Below, piece by piece: positions 39,489 to 48,356 of a stretch of DNA of 50,938 bases; the first letter of the stretch is position 1, and each line of letters starts with the position of its first letter. A program made the position numbers and the translations under genes. Source of the stretch: a candidate division WOR-3 bacterium (GTDB taxonomy: Bacteria > Hydrothermota > Hydrothermia > LBFQ01 > DSFT01); contig CBFGJN010000005.1 in assembly GCA_965649115.1 (NCBI GenBank), positions 1 through 50,938 of the forward strand, given 5' to 3'. The notes under the pieces are model-generated. The model saw only the letters and a list, made by a program, of their open reading frames with translations, had not been told where the DNA came from and searched no databases.

Positions 39489-39534
39489 TTGCTTGAAATA
39501 GTGGGAAGATTAGCTTCCAATAGCAAAAGATAAG

Positions 39535-40087
39535 GAATTTTAAAGGCGAAGCCTTAAATATGGGTTGGGTGGGCAAAATATAGAAAAATATATATTTTCA
39601 GAATTATTTAGACACAGCAAAGCAAAGTTGCTTTGTCCAATAAATAATGATAAGTTATTGATAATCAAGCTTTGCTCCCCATAGCCGAAAAAAGGGTATT
39701 TAAAAGCAATAATTGAATGCTTTGTCTAATAAATAGTGCTAAGTGATTGACTATCAATGACTTATAAAGGTTCATTAAAATTATTGATTTATCGGGGGTT
39801 TTAAGGGGGGCAAAGCCCCCCGAAGCCGAAATATGGGTATTTTAAAGCCAAAGGCTTAAATTTAGGGTGGGTGGGGAAAATATAGAAAAATAAATAATTT
39901 TAGAATTTTTAGACACAGCAAATTTAATCTGCTTTGTCCAGTAAATAATGTTAAGTGTTTGATAGTCAATAACTTATGAAAAATTCATTAAAATTCTTGA
40001 AATAATGGGGGGAATTTAAGGGGGGCGAAGCCCCCCAAAGCATAAGAATGGGTATTTTAAAGCCGAAGGCTTATTATCAAATACAGC
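39535..40087. mobile_element. Tandem MITE-like cluster (includes 39719-39919 and 39931-40087)
   Basis: 11-nt junctions; AAATTTAATCT at 39920-39930 and 40088-40098. Confidence 0.85.
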
Positions 40088-40122
40088 AAATTTAATCTGA
40101 ACTTTACTTTAAAATTTTCAAT

Positions 40123-41316
40123 ATGGAGATTATAACAAAAGAAGAAAATTACATTGAGATAAATGTTGGACCACAACATCCCGCAACACATGGCGTTTTA
40201 AGAGTTATTTTAACACTTGATGGTGAAAGAATTGTAAAAGCGAAATGTAAAATTGGTTATTTACATAGAGGAACTGAAAAACTTGGTGAAGAAAAAAATT
40301 ATTATCAAATGTTAATTTACACTGATAGATTAGACTATTTAGCACCACTATCAAATAATTTTGCCTATGTTAGAGCGGTTGAAAAACTATTAGGAATTGA
40401 AGATAAAATTCCAAAAAGAGCAGAATATTTGAGAGTTATATTAGCTGAATTATCAAGGATAGCAAGTCATCTTGTTGGTGTTGGAACACATGTTATGGAT
40501 ATAGGTGCTTGGACATTTTTCTTACATGCATTTAGGGAAAGAGAAAAAATATATGACTTATTAGAAGAAATTTCAGGTCAAAGAATGAATAATACATTTT
40601 TTAGATTTGGTGGAGTTGCTGCTGATTGTCCTCCTCATTGGCTTGAAAAGGTTTATAAATGGGCTGATGAATTTGAAAAGAAAATTTGGCCAGAACTTAT
40701 GGACTTAGTAGCAGAAAATCCCATATTTAAAGAAAGAACAGTTGGAATTGGTGTAATTCCGAAGGATTTAGCTATAAATTTATCTTTAACAGGGCCATTA
40801 TTAAGAGGAAGTGGTATTAAAAAAGATTTAAGAAAAGATGAACCATATTCTGTTTATCCTGAATTTGACTTTGAGGTTCCAATAGGAAAAAATGGAGACA
40901 CTTATGATAGATTTATCGTTAGAATGGAAGAAATGAAGCAAAGCGCAAGAATAATTAAACAAGCAGTAGAAAAAATTCCCGATGGTGATGTTTTAATTGA
41001 TGATTATAAAATCGTTCCACCACCTAAAAAAATTGTATATTCTCAAATAGAGTATTTAATTCATCATTTTAAAATTATGAGTGAAGGATTTTTAGTTCCA
41101 GAAGGTGAAGTATATGCTGCTGTTGAAGGACCAAAAGGTGAAATAGGATTTTATATTGTTTCAGATGGTTCATCAAAACCTTATAGATTTAGAGTTAGAC
41201 CTCCAAGCTTTATAAACTTACAGGCACTTGAAGAAATTGCACCTGGTCATTTAATAGCAGATTTTATTGCATTAATAGGAACAATTGATATTGTTCTTGG
41301 AGAAGTTGATAGATGA
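40123..41316 (+). CDS. nuoD: NADH-quinone oxidoreductase subunit D
   Basis: NVGPQHPATHGVLR, GYLHRGTEK, DRLDY, DIVLGEVDR. Confidence 0.97.
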   Translation: MEIITKEENYIEINVGPQHPATHGVLRVILTLDGERIVKAKCKIGYLHRGTEKLGEEKNYYQMLIYTDRLDYLAPLSNNFAYVRAVEKLLGIEDKIPKRAEYLRVILAELSRIASHLVGVGTHVMDIGAWTFFLHAFREREKIYDLLEEISGQRMNNTFFRFGGVAADCPPHWLEKVYKWADEFEKKIWPELMDLVAENPIFKERTVGIGVIPKDLAINLSLTGPLLRGSGIKKDLRKDEPYSVYPEFDFEVPIGKNGDTYDRFIVRMEEMKQSARIIKQAVEKIPDGDVLIDDYKIVPPPKKIVYSQIEYLIHHFKIMSEGFLVPEGEVYAAVEGPKGEIGFYIVSDGSSKPYRFRVRPPSFINLQALEEIAPGHLIADFIALIGTIDIVLGEVDR

Positions 41317-42395
41317 CAATAATCCTTATATCACTAAGTTTTGAAAATTTTTTATCAAAATTAAATGAAAATCCACAATTAAAATTCTTTAATAGTTATA
41401 TAAATTCTTTAAATTTTTCAAAGTGGAATGTTATTAGCAATTCAAAATTAATGATTGAATATAATGCCATGTTTGAAAATGGATTTTTTAGTTTTGGATA
41501 CGAAATAGCACCTTATATAGGATATGAAATCTCTTTAAGTAAAAGTGAAACTGATAAAAAAATTTATGAAATTACTAAACAAAAAAATGAATTTATTTTT
41601 CAAGCAATATCAACTTATATAAAAGCACTTGTTATTAAGAATGAGATTGAAAATAAGGAAAAAATAATTTCAAATTATAAAAAAATAAATGAAATTCTTG
41701 AAAATGAACATAAATTTAAAAGTGAGCACTCAATAGGTGATATTATGCTAAATAAAACTGAAATTTCACTTTTAGAAAATGAAATAAAAATTTTAAAAAA
41801 TAATTATGAAAACTTATTAAAAACATTAAGGACATATGTTGAAATTGATAGTGTTGAAGAAATAAATGAAATTCCTAAAATTGAAAAAATAAATCCCCAA
41901 ACAACAATAGATTTTAAAATTATAAAAAAAGATAAAGAAATTTACAATAACAACTTAATTTTAAGCTATTTCCAATTCCTTCCTTCAATAAAACCATCAA
42001 TTTTAAGAAGAAATGATGGAACTTACGCTTTTATGATTGGTTTTACATTCCCAATTTTTCCCTTTAATTCAATAAGACAGAATAGAATTTTATATAGTAG
42101 CTTTAATGAAAAATTTTTAAGCTATTATGAAAATCTTATAAATGCAAGGATTTTTCAAATTATAACTGATTACGAAAATGCTAAAAATGAATATGAAAAT
42201 TATCAAAATTTAAAAAAAGCTTATGAAGAAATTTTAAAAACCATGAAAAATGATTATAAATTTTCAAATTTTGATTTAATTGAATATTACAAATTGGAAA
42301 ATAAATTATTTGAAATTAACATTAATTTAAAGAAAGCCAAATATGAATTAATTTTAAAGTATTGGGAATTAAGGAGTTTTATAATATCTTATTAA
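41313..42395 (+). CDS. TolC-family outer membrane efflux protein-like
   Basis: Helical repeats, FTFPIF beta motif, YKFSNFDLIEY pattern. Confidence 0.6.
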   Translation: MTIILISLSFENFLSKLNENPQLKFFNSYINSLNFSKWNVISNSKLMIEYNAMFENGFFSFGYEIAPYIGYEISLSKSETDKKIYEITKQKNEFIFQAISTYIKALVIKNEIENKEKIISNYKKINEILENEHKFKSEHSIGDIMLNKTEISLLENEIKILKNNYENLLKTLRTYVEIDSVEEINEIPKIEKINPQTTIDFKIIKKDKEIYNNNLILSYFQFLPSIKPSILRRNDGTYAFMIGFTFPIFPFNSIRQNRILYSSFNEKFLSYYENLINARIFQIITDYENAKNEYENYQNLKKAYEEILKTMKNDYKFSNFDLIEYYKLENKLFEININLKKAKYELILKYWELRSFIISY

Positions 42396-42821
42396 TATCT
42401 CCTTTGCTCTTCTTACCCAAGTTTTTAATGTATTTTCGTTTATTCCCAAAATTTGGGATATTTCCTTATATTGATAGTTATAAATGTACTTCAAGATAAT
42501 AACTTCTCTATAATTAGGTGGCAAAATTTTTAAGAATTCTTCAATATCAAATTTTTCTCTTGCTTCTATTGATTCAGAAAATTCTTCAATATCGTAAATT
42601 TTCTTTCGTTTTCTGAAAATATCAATAATTAAATTATGACAAACTTTAAAAAGCCAATTTTTAACTTTATTTTCATCTAATTTGTTTAAATTTTTATAAA
42701 GTTTATAAAACACTTCTTGAACTACATCCATTGCATCATCGTAATTTTCTAAAATTCTATATGCATAACTAAAAATTTCATCTTTATATAAATTATAAAT
42801 TTTATTGAATTTTTCATCCAT
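42369..42821 (-). CDS. ECF RNA polymerase sigma factor
   Basis: DAMDVVQEVF, NWLFKV..N..ID, YKEISQILGINENTLKT. Confidence 0.93.
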   Translation of the reverse strand: MDEKFNKIYNLYKDEIFSYAYRILENYDDAMDVVQEVFYKLYKNLNKLDENKVKNWLFKVCHNLIIDIFRKRKKIYDIEEFSESIEAREKFDIEEFLKILPPNYREVIILKYIYNYQYKEISQILGINENTLKTWVRRAKEILIRYYKTP

Positions 42822-43741
42822 TATATTTTAAAAATTAATCTCAAAACACTTCCAATTCCAATAGCCGTTATTGTAAATATAAAAGAATAAAAAATGATTG
42901 CCATCAATATATCAAGATATGGAACATAAACTGAAATAGATTCTAACAAAAACAAAGCAATTATTATAGAAATGCCAATAATCATGTTTTTAAAGTCATT
43001 AACATAATCTCTTGAAATTATTCTACCAATAAGAGTTAATCCAAATGTATATGAAATCAATAATAAAGCAATACAAGCAATTAAATAAATTGGAATTAGT
43101 AAAATTCCTAAAATACTAATAATCAAAAATATCATTATTGGAAAAAATAAAAGCACAAAAATAACTCCTACAATTATTGTTCTAATTGGATTTTCATATA
43201 GTTTATCAAATAACCTTGGAATTAATGCTCTTGAAATAAGGAAAGTGATAATTGGAAGAATAATGATTAATAAAATAAAAATAAGTTCTTTAATTTTAAA
43301 TGGGACTTTTTTCTCTTTTTTATATTCTTTTTCATTTTCTTTTAAAAGATAAGGTAATGCTCTTGGTGAAATAATCCTCTTTTCACCTGTTATCTTACCC
43401 TTGTTTTCAAAATTTAAGGCAATTACAGAAAGGTCTCCATTTAAATATCCTTCATTTTTTACATACTTTCCAATAAGTGAAACATCACCTACTATATTAC
43501 CATTTATTATAATTTTATTACATATTCCCGAAACATCACCTTTTACATTTCCTTTTATAATTAAACTATCTCCAAAAACATCAACTGAACCTAAAACATT
43601 AGCACTATCAGTAATTATTAAAGAACCTTCGGAAACTGAAACATCACCTTTGACCTTTCCAACAATTACAACATCTTCTTTCTCAAAACTTAAATCACCT
43701 ATCGTATCTTTTATTTCAATAAAGTGGATTATCCATAGCAT
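42821..43741 (-). CDS. Bactofilin-like beta-helix repeats plus multi-TM membrane protein
   Basis: Repeated G.V.GDVS units then about 5 TM helices. Confidence 0.75.
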   Translation of the reverse strand: MLWIIHFIEIKDTIGDLSFEKEDVVIVGKVKGDVSVSEGSLIITDSANVLGSVDVFGDSLIIKGNVKGDVSGICNKIIINGNIVGDVSLIGKYVKNEGYLNGDLSVIALNFENKGKITGEKRIISPRALPYLLKENEKEYKKEKKVPFKIKELIFILLIIILPIITFLISRALIPRLFDKLYENPIRTIIVGVIFVLLFFPIMIFLIISILGILLIPIYLIACIALLLISYTFGLTLIGRIISRDYVNDFKNMIIGISIIIALFLLESISVYVPYLDILMAIIFYSFIFTITAIGIGSVLRLIFKI

Positions 43742-43744
43742 GTT

Positions 43745-44203
43745 TTAACCTCCTTTTTGAAATTTTAAGTTTCTTACAAGGAGAAATTCAGAAATTATTG
43801 AAAAAATTAAAATTGATAGAAAACAAATAATAATTTGAAAATTACTTATTTTGGGTAATTTCAAATTACTAATAAATGCATAAATTTTTAAAATCAAAAA
43901 CACAACATTTAACTTTTGAATAATTAAAAAAGCAATCATTAAACTCATAACGAACATTATTGAAATGAAAAACAAAATTAACATTTGCTTTCTTATTTTA
44001 TCCATTTGAATTCTTTTAATTAAAAGAGCGTCTATTTCTTTTGGTGCTTTTAAAACTTTTATGCTTTTTATTGACCTCTCAAAACTAATAACAATATCAT
44101 AAAATTTTTTACAACTTTCACACTCATTTATGTGCTTTAAGATAAATTCCCTTTCCTCTTCACTTATTTCTTCCATATTTAAAATTAAATGTTCCACATG
44201 CAT
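43745..44203 (-). CDS. Zinc-binding anti-sigma factor (ZAS) with TM helices
   Basis: HINECESC (HxxxCxxC) and two TM segments. Confidence 0.78.
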   Translation of the reverse strand: MHVEHLILNMEEISEEEREFILKHINECESCKKFYDIVISFERSIKSIKVLKAPKEIDALLIKRIQMDKIRKQMLILFFISIMFVMSLMIAFLIIQKLNVVFLILKIYAFISNLKLPKISNFQIIICFLSILIFSIISEFLLVRNLKFQKGG

Positions 44204-44212
44204 AGGATATAA

Positions 44213-44241
44213 TTAACGAAAAAAACTATAAAAAAGTTTCA
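44213..44241 (-). promoter_or_regulatory. ECF sigma promoter TGAAAC-N17-CGTTAA
   Basis: Matches the SigW/SigM-like consensus; -10 lies 9 nt before the anti-sigma ATG. Confidence 0.7.
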
Positions 44242-44907
44242 AGTTGATTTTGAAATAATTAAAACAAATTCTCCCTTCTTTTTTATTTTTTCTTTGACAT
44301 CTAATAAATTTCCATAAATGTACTCTTCAAAAGCTTTTGTCATTTCTCTTGCTATAAAAACTTTTCTATTTCCAAAAATTTCATAAATTTCATTTAATAT
44401 CTCTTCTATTTTATGAACTGAAATATATATCACTATTGAGCCTTCAAAGTCTCTATATTTTTCAAGTTCTTTAATTCTTTTATTTTTCTTTTTTGGTAAA
44501 AATCCTAAAAATAGAAATTTATCTGTTTCAAGACCACTAACACTTAAAGCACTTATTAAAGCAGATGGACCTGGAATTGGAATAACATCTATATTATTTT
44601 CTCTACAAAGTTTTACTAATTTATAACCTGGATCTGATATTAAAGGTGTCCCTGCATCTGAAATTAATGCGATATTTTTACCTTCCTTTAATAAATTAAT
44701 AACTTCTTTTGCCCTTTTTTCTTCATTTCCTTCAAAATAAGATAATAATTTTTTATTTTTTATATTGTAATAATTTAGCAAAATTTTTGCCCTCCTTGTA
44801 TCTTCACAAAGAATAATATCAACACTTTTTAAAATATCTATCGCTCTTAATGTAATATCTTTTAAATTACCAATTGGTGTTGCTACAACAAATAGTTTCC
44901 CTATCAT
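44239..44907 (-). CDS. rsmI: 16S rRNA C1402 2'-O-methyltransferase
   Basis: VATPIGNLKDITLRA, CEDTR, SDAGTPLISDPG, AREMTK. Confidence 0.97.
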   Translation of the reverse strand: MIGKLFVVATPIGNLKDITLRAIDILKSVDIILCEDTRRAKILLNYYNIKNKKLLSYFEGNEEKRAKEVINLLKEGKNIALISDAGTPLISDPGYKLVKLCRENNIDVIPIPGPSALISALSVSGLETDKFLFLGFLPKKKNKRIKELEKYRDFEGSIVIYISVHKIEEILNEIYEIFGNRKVFIAREMTKAFEEYIYGNLLDVKEKIKKKGEFVLIISKST

Positions 44908-46178
44908 CTTGGAACAATAAATGTCTTATATGAATTATTCTTCTTTAAAACATAAATTCCCTTTTTTAACTGTGAAATTTTTCTTTTTCCTATGAATTTA
45001 CCTGTAATATCATAAATTTCGTAAATCTCCTCATTTGAAACTAATAGTTCATTTTTAGAAGTCGTCTGACAAATATAACTAATTGAAACATTAATATCCT
45101 TTATGTTTAAACTAATATCAGAGAAAGGAATTGAAAATGATTGAAGAGAAATTGGAAAATTCTCAATTGTAATATCTAAATAACTATCATTTAAATAAAA
45201 TAGTTGGCTTTGAAAAATTGGACAAGATAAATTCTTATAGAAAATGTAATCATTTGTGCTATTAAAAATAACATAGTTTTTGGCAAATTTTAAATTATTT
45301 GTCCATATATTAGCAGTTTTAAGAATTGGAAAAAATTCATCCAAAACATAATAAAATACATTATTGTTATAAATGCCAAAAATCTCAATTGAATTATCAT
45401 AATTTAAAAACTTTGGAATTAAGTTTGATAAACTTTTAATTGATAAAATTTTCCAATTTTTTAAAATTAATAAAAATTTATCAGAAAGAATTATTAAACT
45501 ATCATTTCTTTTTAGAAATCCATAAATTGGAAAATGAGAATTTGTAAAAATTTTTTTTCCTTCAATTAGGTTAAAAAGTGTATCAAACTTAAAAACAAAA
45601 GAAATTCTCTTTGAATCATAATAATCTCCAAAAACATAAATGTAATCGCCTTCTAAATAAAAATTTTTTAAACTTGTAGAGTAAAAGAATAAATATGCTA
45701 ATTTCATAAACTTTGGCACTCCACTTGTATCAATAATAAACAAAAATGGTCTTGTTGAGCCTGTTGGATTTGCATTTCCAATAATGTAAATTTTATCATT
45801 TTCAATTGTAATAGAACTCGGTTCTTCGTAATTAACTATTGAATAAAATTTTGATTTTATAATGTTTCCATTTGTATCTACACTTATAAAAAGGATATTA
45901 TTTCCTTCATTTTGAGTAGTAATTGTTCCAATTATATAAATTTTTCCATCTTTATAAACAGCATCAGTAAATTGAATATAACTATTAGAATAAATTGATT
46001 TTGAAAAGATAATATTGCCACTTTTTGAAAGTTTGATTAAAGCAATTTCTCCAATTGAGTTTTCATTTAGTCTATTGCCAATGAGAATTATAGAATTTTC
46101 ACTGATTTCTAAAACTTTTGATAAGCTGATATTACTTTCATTTATTTTTATAAAGAATCCAAGTAAAATTTCAAGCAT
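44904..46178 (-). CDS. Secreted beta-propeller-like protein with T9SS-like C-terminal domain
   Basis: Repeated KIYIIG and D..GNII blades; terminal IYDITGK..LKKGIY. Confidence 0.55.
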   Translation of the reverse strand: MLEILLGFFIKINESNISLSKVLEISENSIILIGNRLNENSIGEIALIKLSKSGNIIFSKSIYSNSYIQFTDAVYKDGKIYIIGTITTQNEGNNILFISVDTNGNIIKSKFYSIVNYEEPSSITIENDKIYIIGNANPTGSTRPFLFIIDTSGVPKFMKLAYLFFYSTSLKNFYLEGDYIYVFGDYYDSKRISFVFKFDTLFNLIEGKKIFTNSHFPIYGFLKRNDSLIILSDKFLLILKNWKILSIKSLSNLIPKFLNYDNSIEIFGIYNNNVFYYVLDEFFPILKTANIWTNNLKFAKNYVIFNSTNDYIFYKNLSCPIFQSQLFYLNDSYLDITIENFPISLQSFSIPFSDISLNIKDINVSISYICQTTSKNELLVSNEEIYEIYDITGKFIGKRKISQLKKGIYVLKKNNSYKTFIVPR

Positions 46179-47674
46179 TTTATAATTTCCTCCTCTTTGT
46201 AAGCTGTAATAACTTTTCTTGAAATTTCAGATAAAACCTCTTTATTTAATTTTTCAATAATTTCCTTTGCTCTATTTAAGTATGAAATAGGAATTGAAAA
46301 AATTCTTATACCAAATGAAATTAGTGCAATTAAACCAATGTCATTACTTGCCATATCTCCACAAACACTAAAAGGCTTTGGTTTTGACTTTGAAAACGAA
46401 TAATAAATTAATCTAAATATGCTTGGATGAAATTGTTGAAAACTAATATCATTCCTATTTATAGCAAGTGTATATTGAGTTAAATCATTTGTTCCAAGAC
46501 TAAAGAAATTGACTAATTTTTTAAATCTATCAGTAATTAATGCTGATGAAGGAGTTTCAATCATTATACCAACTTCAATATCTTCTAAAAGTTTTTTTAT
46601 TTCCATAACTTCCTCAACTGATGAAACCATAGGTATTAAAACTTTTATATTTTTTAATTTATTTGCTAATTTTATTGCACTAATTTGTTTGTTTAAAAGT
46701 TCTCTATTGTAATAAAGTAAATATCTTATACCTCTTATATTCGGATTTTCTGCTGAAATTGGAACCTTATCACCTCCCAAATCAAATAATCTAATTGTTA
46801 AAACTTTTGGATAAACTTTATAACTCATTTCTTCATAAATATCTTTCTGTTCATTTTTGCTTATTATACCATTTAAATAAAGATACTCCGTTCTAAATAA
46901 TCCAATATCAAAATTTTTAATTTTTTCAACTTCTTCAGGGAAATCTATATTAATTTGAATTTTTATTGGAATTCCATCTTTTGTTTTAAAGTAATCACTT
47001 TCAAATAAAATATATGTTGGTTTTTCAAAAATCTCAATTTTCTCATTTGTAAATTCAACTTCATCATTATTAATGATAGCATATTTATAATTTTTTGCTA
47101 TATTAACAACATTTTCAATACCAATAATTGTTGGAATGCCTTTATCTTTTAAAATAAGAATAGGATGAGAAGTTAGGGCATTCGTTTCAAGAACAACGCC
47201 CTTTATATTGCTCTTAATTGCTTTCAAACTTTGTCTAATTGTCAAATTTTTTGCAACTAATATCGTCCCTTCTTTAAAGTCTTCTTTATCTAACTTTCCT
47301 GCTATGAAATCCAAAAGTTCATTTTTAAAAAATTTTAGTTCTGTTGAAATATGTTTATAATGTTCATCTTCTAAATTGAATTTATTTGAGATTTCATCAA
47401 TTGCCAAGCCAATTGATTTTAATAAATTTTCATTTTTATTTTTTACCATTTGAAGAAAACTTTTACTTCTTAATATACTTACATAAAAATTGACATACTC
47501 CTTATATCTTTCATCCATACCATTAATTTCTTCAAGCAAATAATTTATATAACTTTCAAAAAGATTCTCAATATCTTTAATTTCAAAATCATTTGTGAAA
47601 TCTTCTGCTTTATCTAATATGAAAATCTCTCCAAAAACCCTTGAACTTACAACAACAATTCCTTTAAGTTTCAT
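46148..47674 (-). CDS. ptsI: PEP-protein phosphotransferase (PTS enzyme I)-like
   Basis: TSH phospho-His, IGLFRTEYL, RGIR, GIMIETPS, SLGTNDLTQY, VCGD; start moved to ATG 47674. Confidence 0.88.
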   Translation of the reverse strand: MKLKGIVVVSSRVFGEIFILDKAEDFTNDFEIKDIENLFESYINYLLEEINGMDERYKEYVNFYVSILRSKSFLQMVKNKNENLLKSIGLAIDEISNKFNLEDEHYKHISTELKFFKNELLDFIAGKLDKEDFKEGTILVAKNLTIRQSLKAIKSNIKGVVLETNALTSHPILILKDKGIPTIIGIENVVNIAKNYKYAIINNDEVEFTNEKIEIFEKPTYILFESDYFKTKDGIPIKIQINIDFPEEVEKIKNFDIGLFRTEYLYLNGIISKNEQKDIYEEMSYKVYPKVLTIRLFDLGGDKVPISAENPNIRGIRYLLYYNRELLNKQISAIKLANKLKNIKVLIPMVSSVEEVMEIKKLLEDIEVGIMIETPSSALITDRFKKLVNFFSLGTNDLTQYTLAINRNDISFQQFHPSIFRLIYYSFSKSKPKPFSVCGDMASNDIGLIALISFGIRIFSIPISYLNRAKEIIEKLNKEVLSEISRKVITAYKEEEIIKCLKFYLDSL

Positions 47675-47713
47675 ATAAAATAAAATTTTAAAGGATATAA
47701 AAGAAATTTTTGT

Positions 47714-48334
47714 GCCTTGTCTAGTAATTCTGAAAATATGATTATTTCTTATTTTTCCCACCCACCCAAAAATAAGCCTTCGGCTTTAAATACCCATATT
47801 TCGGCATTGGGGGGCTATGCCCCCCTTAAAAACCCCCATTAAATCAATAGTTTCAGAGAATTTTTGATAAGTTATTGATAATCAATTATTTAACATTATT
47901 TACTGGACAAAGCAAAATTTTTGTGCTGTGTCTAAAAATTCTGGAATTATTTATTTTTCAAAAGCCTTCGGCTTATAAATACCCATTTTTAGGCTTTGGG
48001 GGGCTTTGCCCCCCATTAAATCTTTATAAACTATTGATAATCAAGGACTTATCATTATTTATTGGACAAAGCAAAATTTTTGTGTTTTGTCTAGTAATTC
48101 TAAAAATATAATTATTTCTATATTTTTCCCACCCGCCCTATAATTGAGCTTTCGGCTCTACTTACCCATATAAATGATTTTCTTAAAATTTCATAAGTTA
48201 TTGATTATCAATTATTTAACACCATTTACTAGACAAAGCAAAATTTTTGTGCATATTGTGCCTTTTTTTGCCTTGGGAACTTTGCCCCCTTTAAATCAAT
48301 AAATTTATTAAAAAATTATTTTATTGGACAAAGC
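47714..48334. mobile_element. Stack of four MITE-like copies separated by the same 11-mer
   Basis: GAAATTTTTGT (47703-47713); AAAATTTTTGT at 47914-47924, 48073-48083 and 48240-48250. Confidence 0.9.
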
Positions 48335-48356
48335 ATAAAAAAATTGATTCATCATT

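Noticed and set aside
47703-48334. Tandem clusters as a second CRISPR array or integron
   Set aside because: The constant unit is only 11 bp, the intervening units are homologous to each other, and there are no cassette ORFs or integrase
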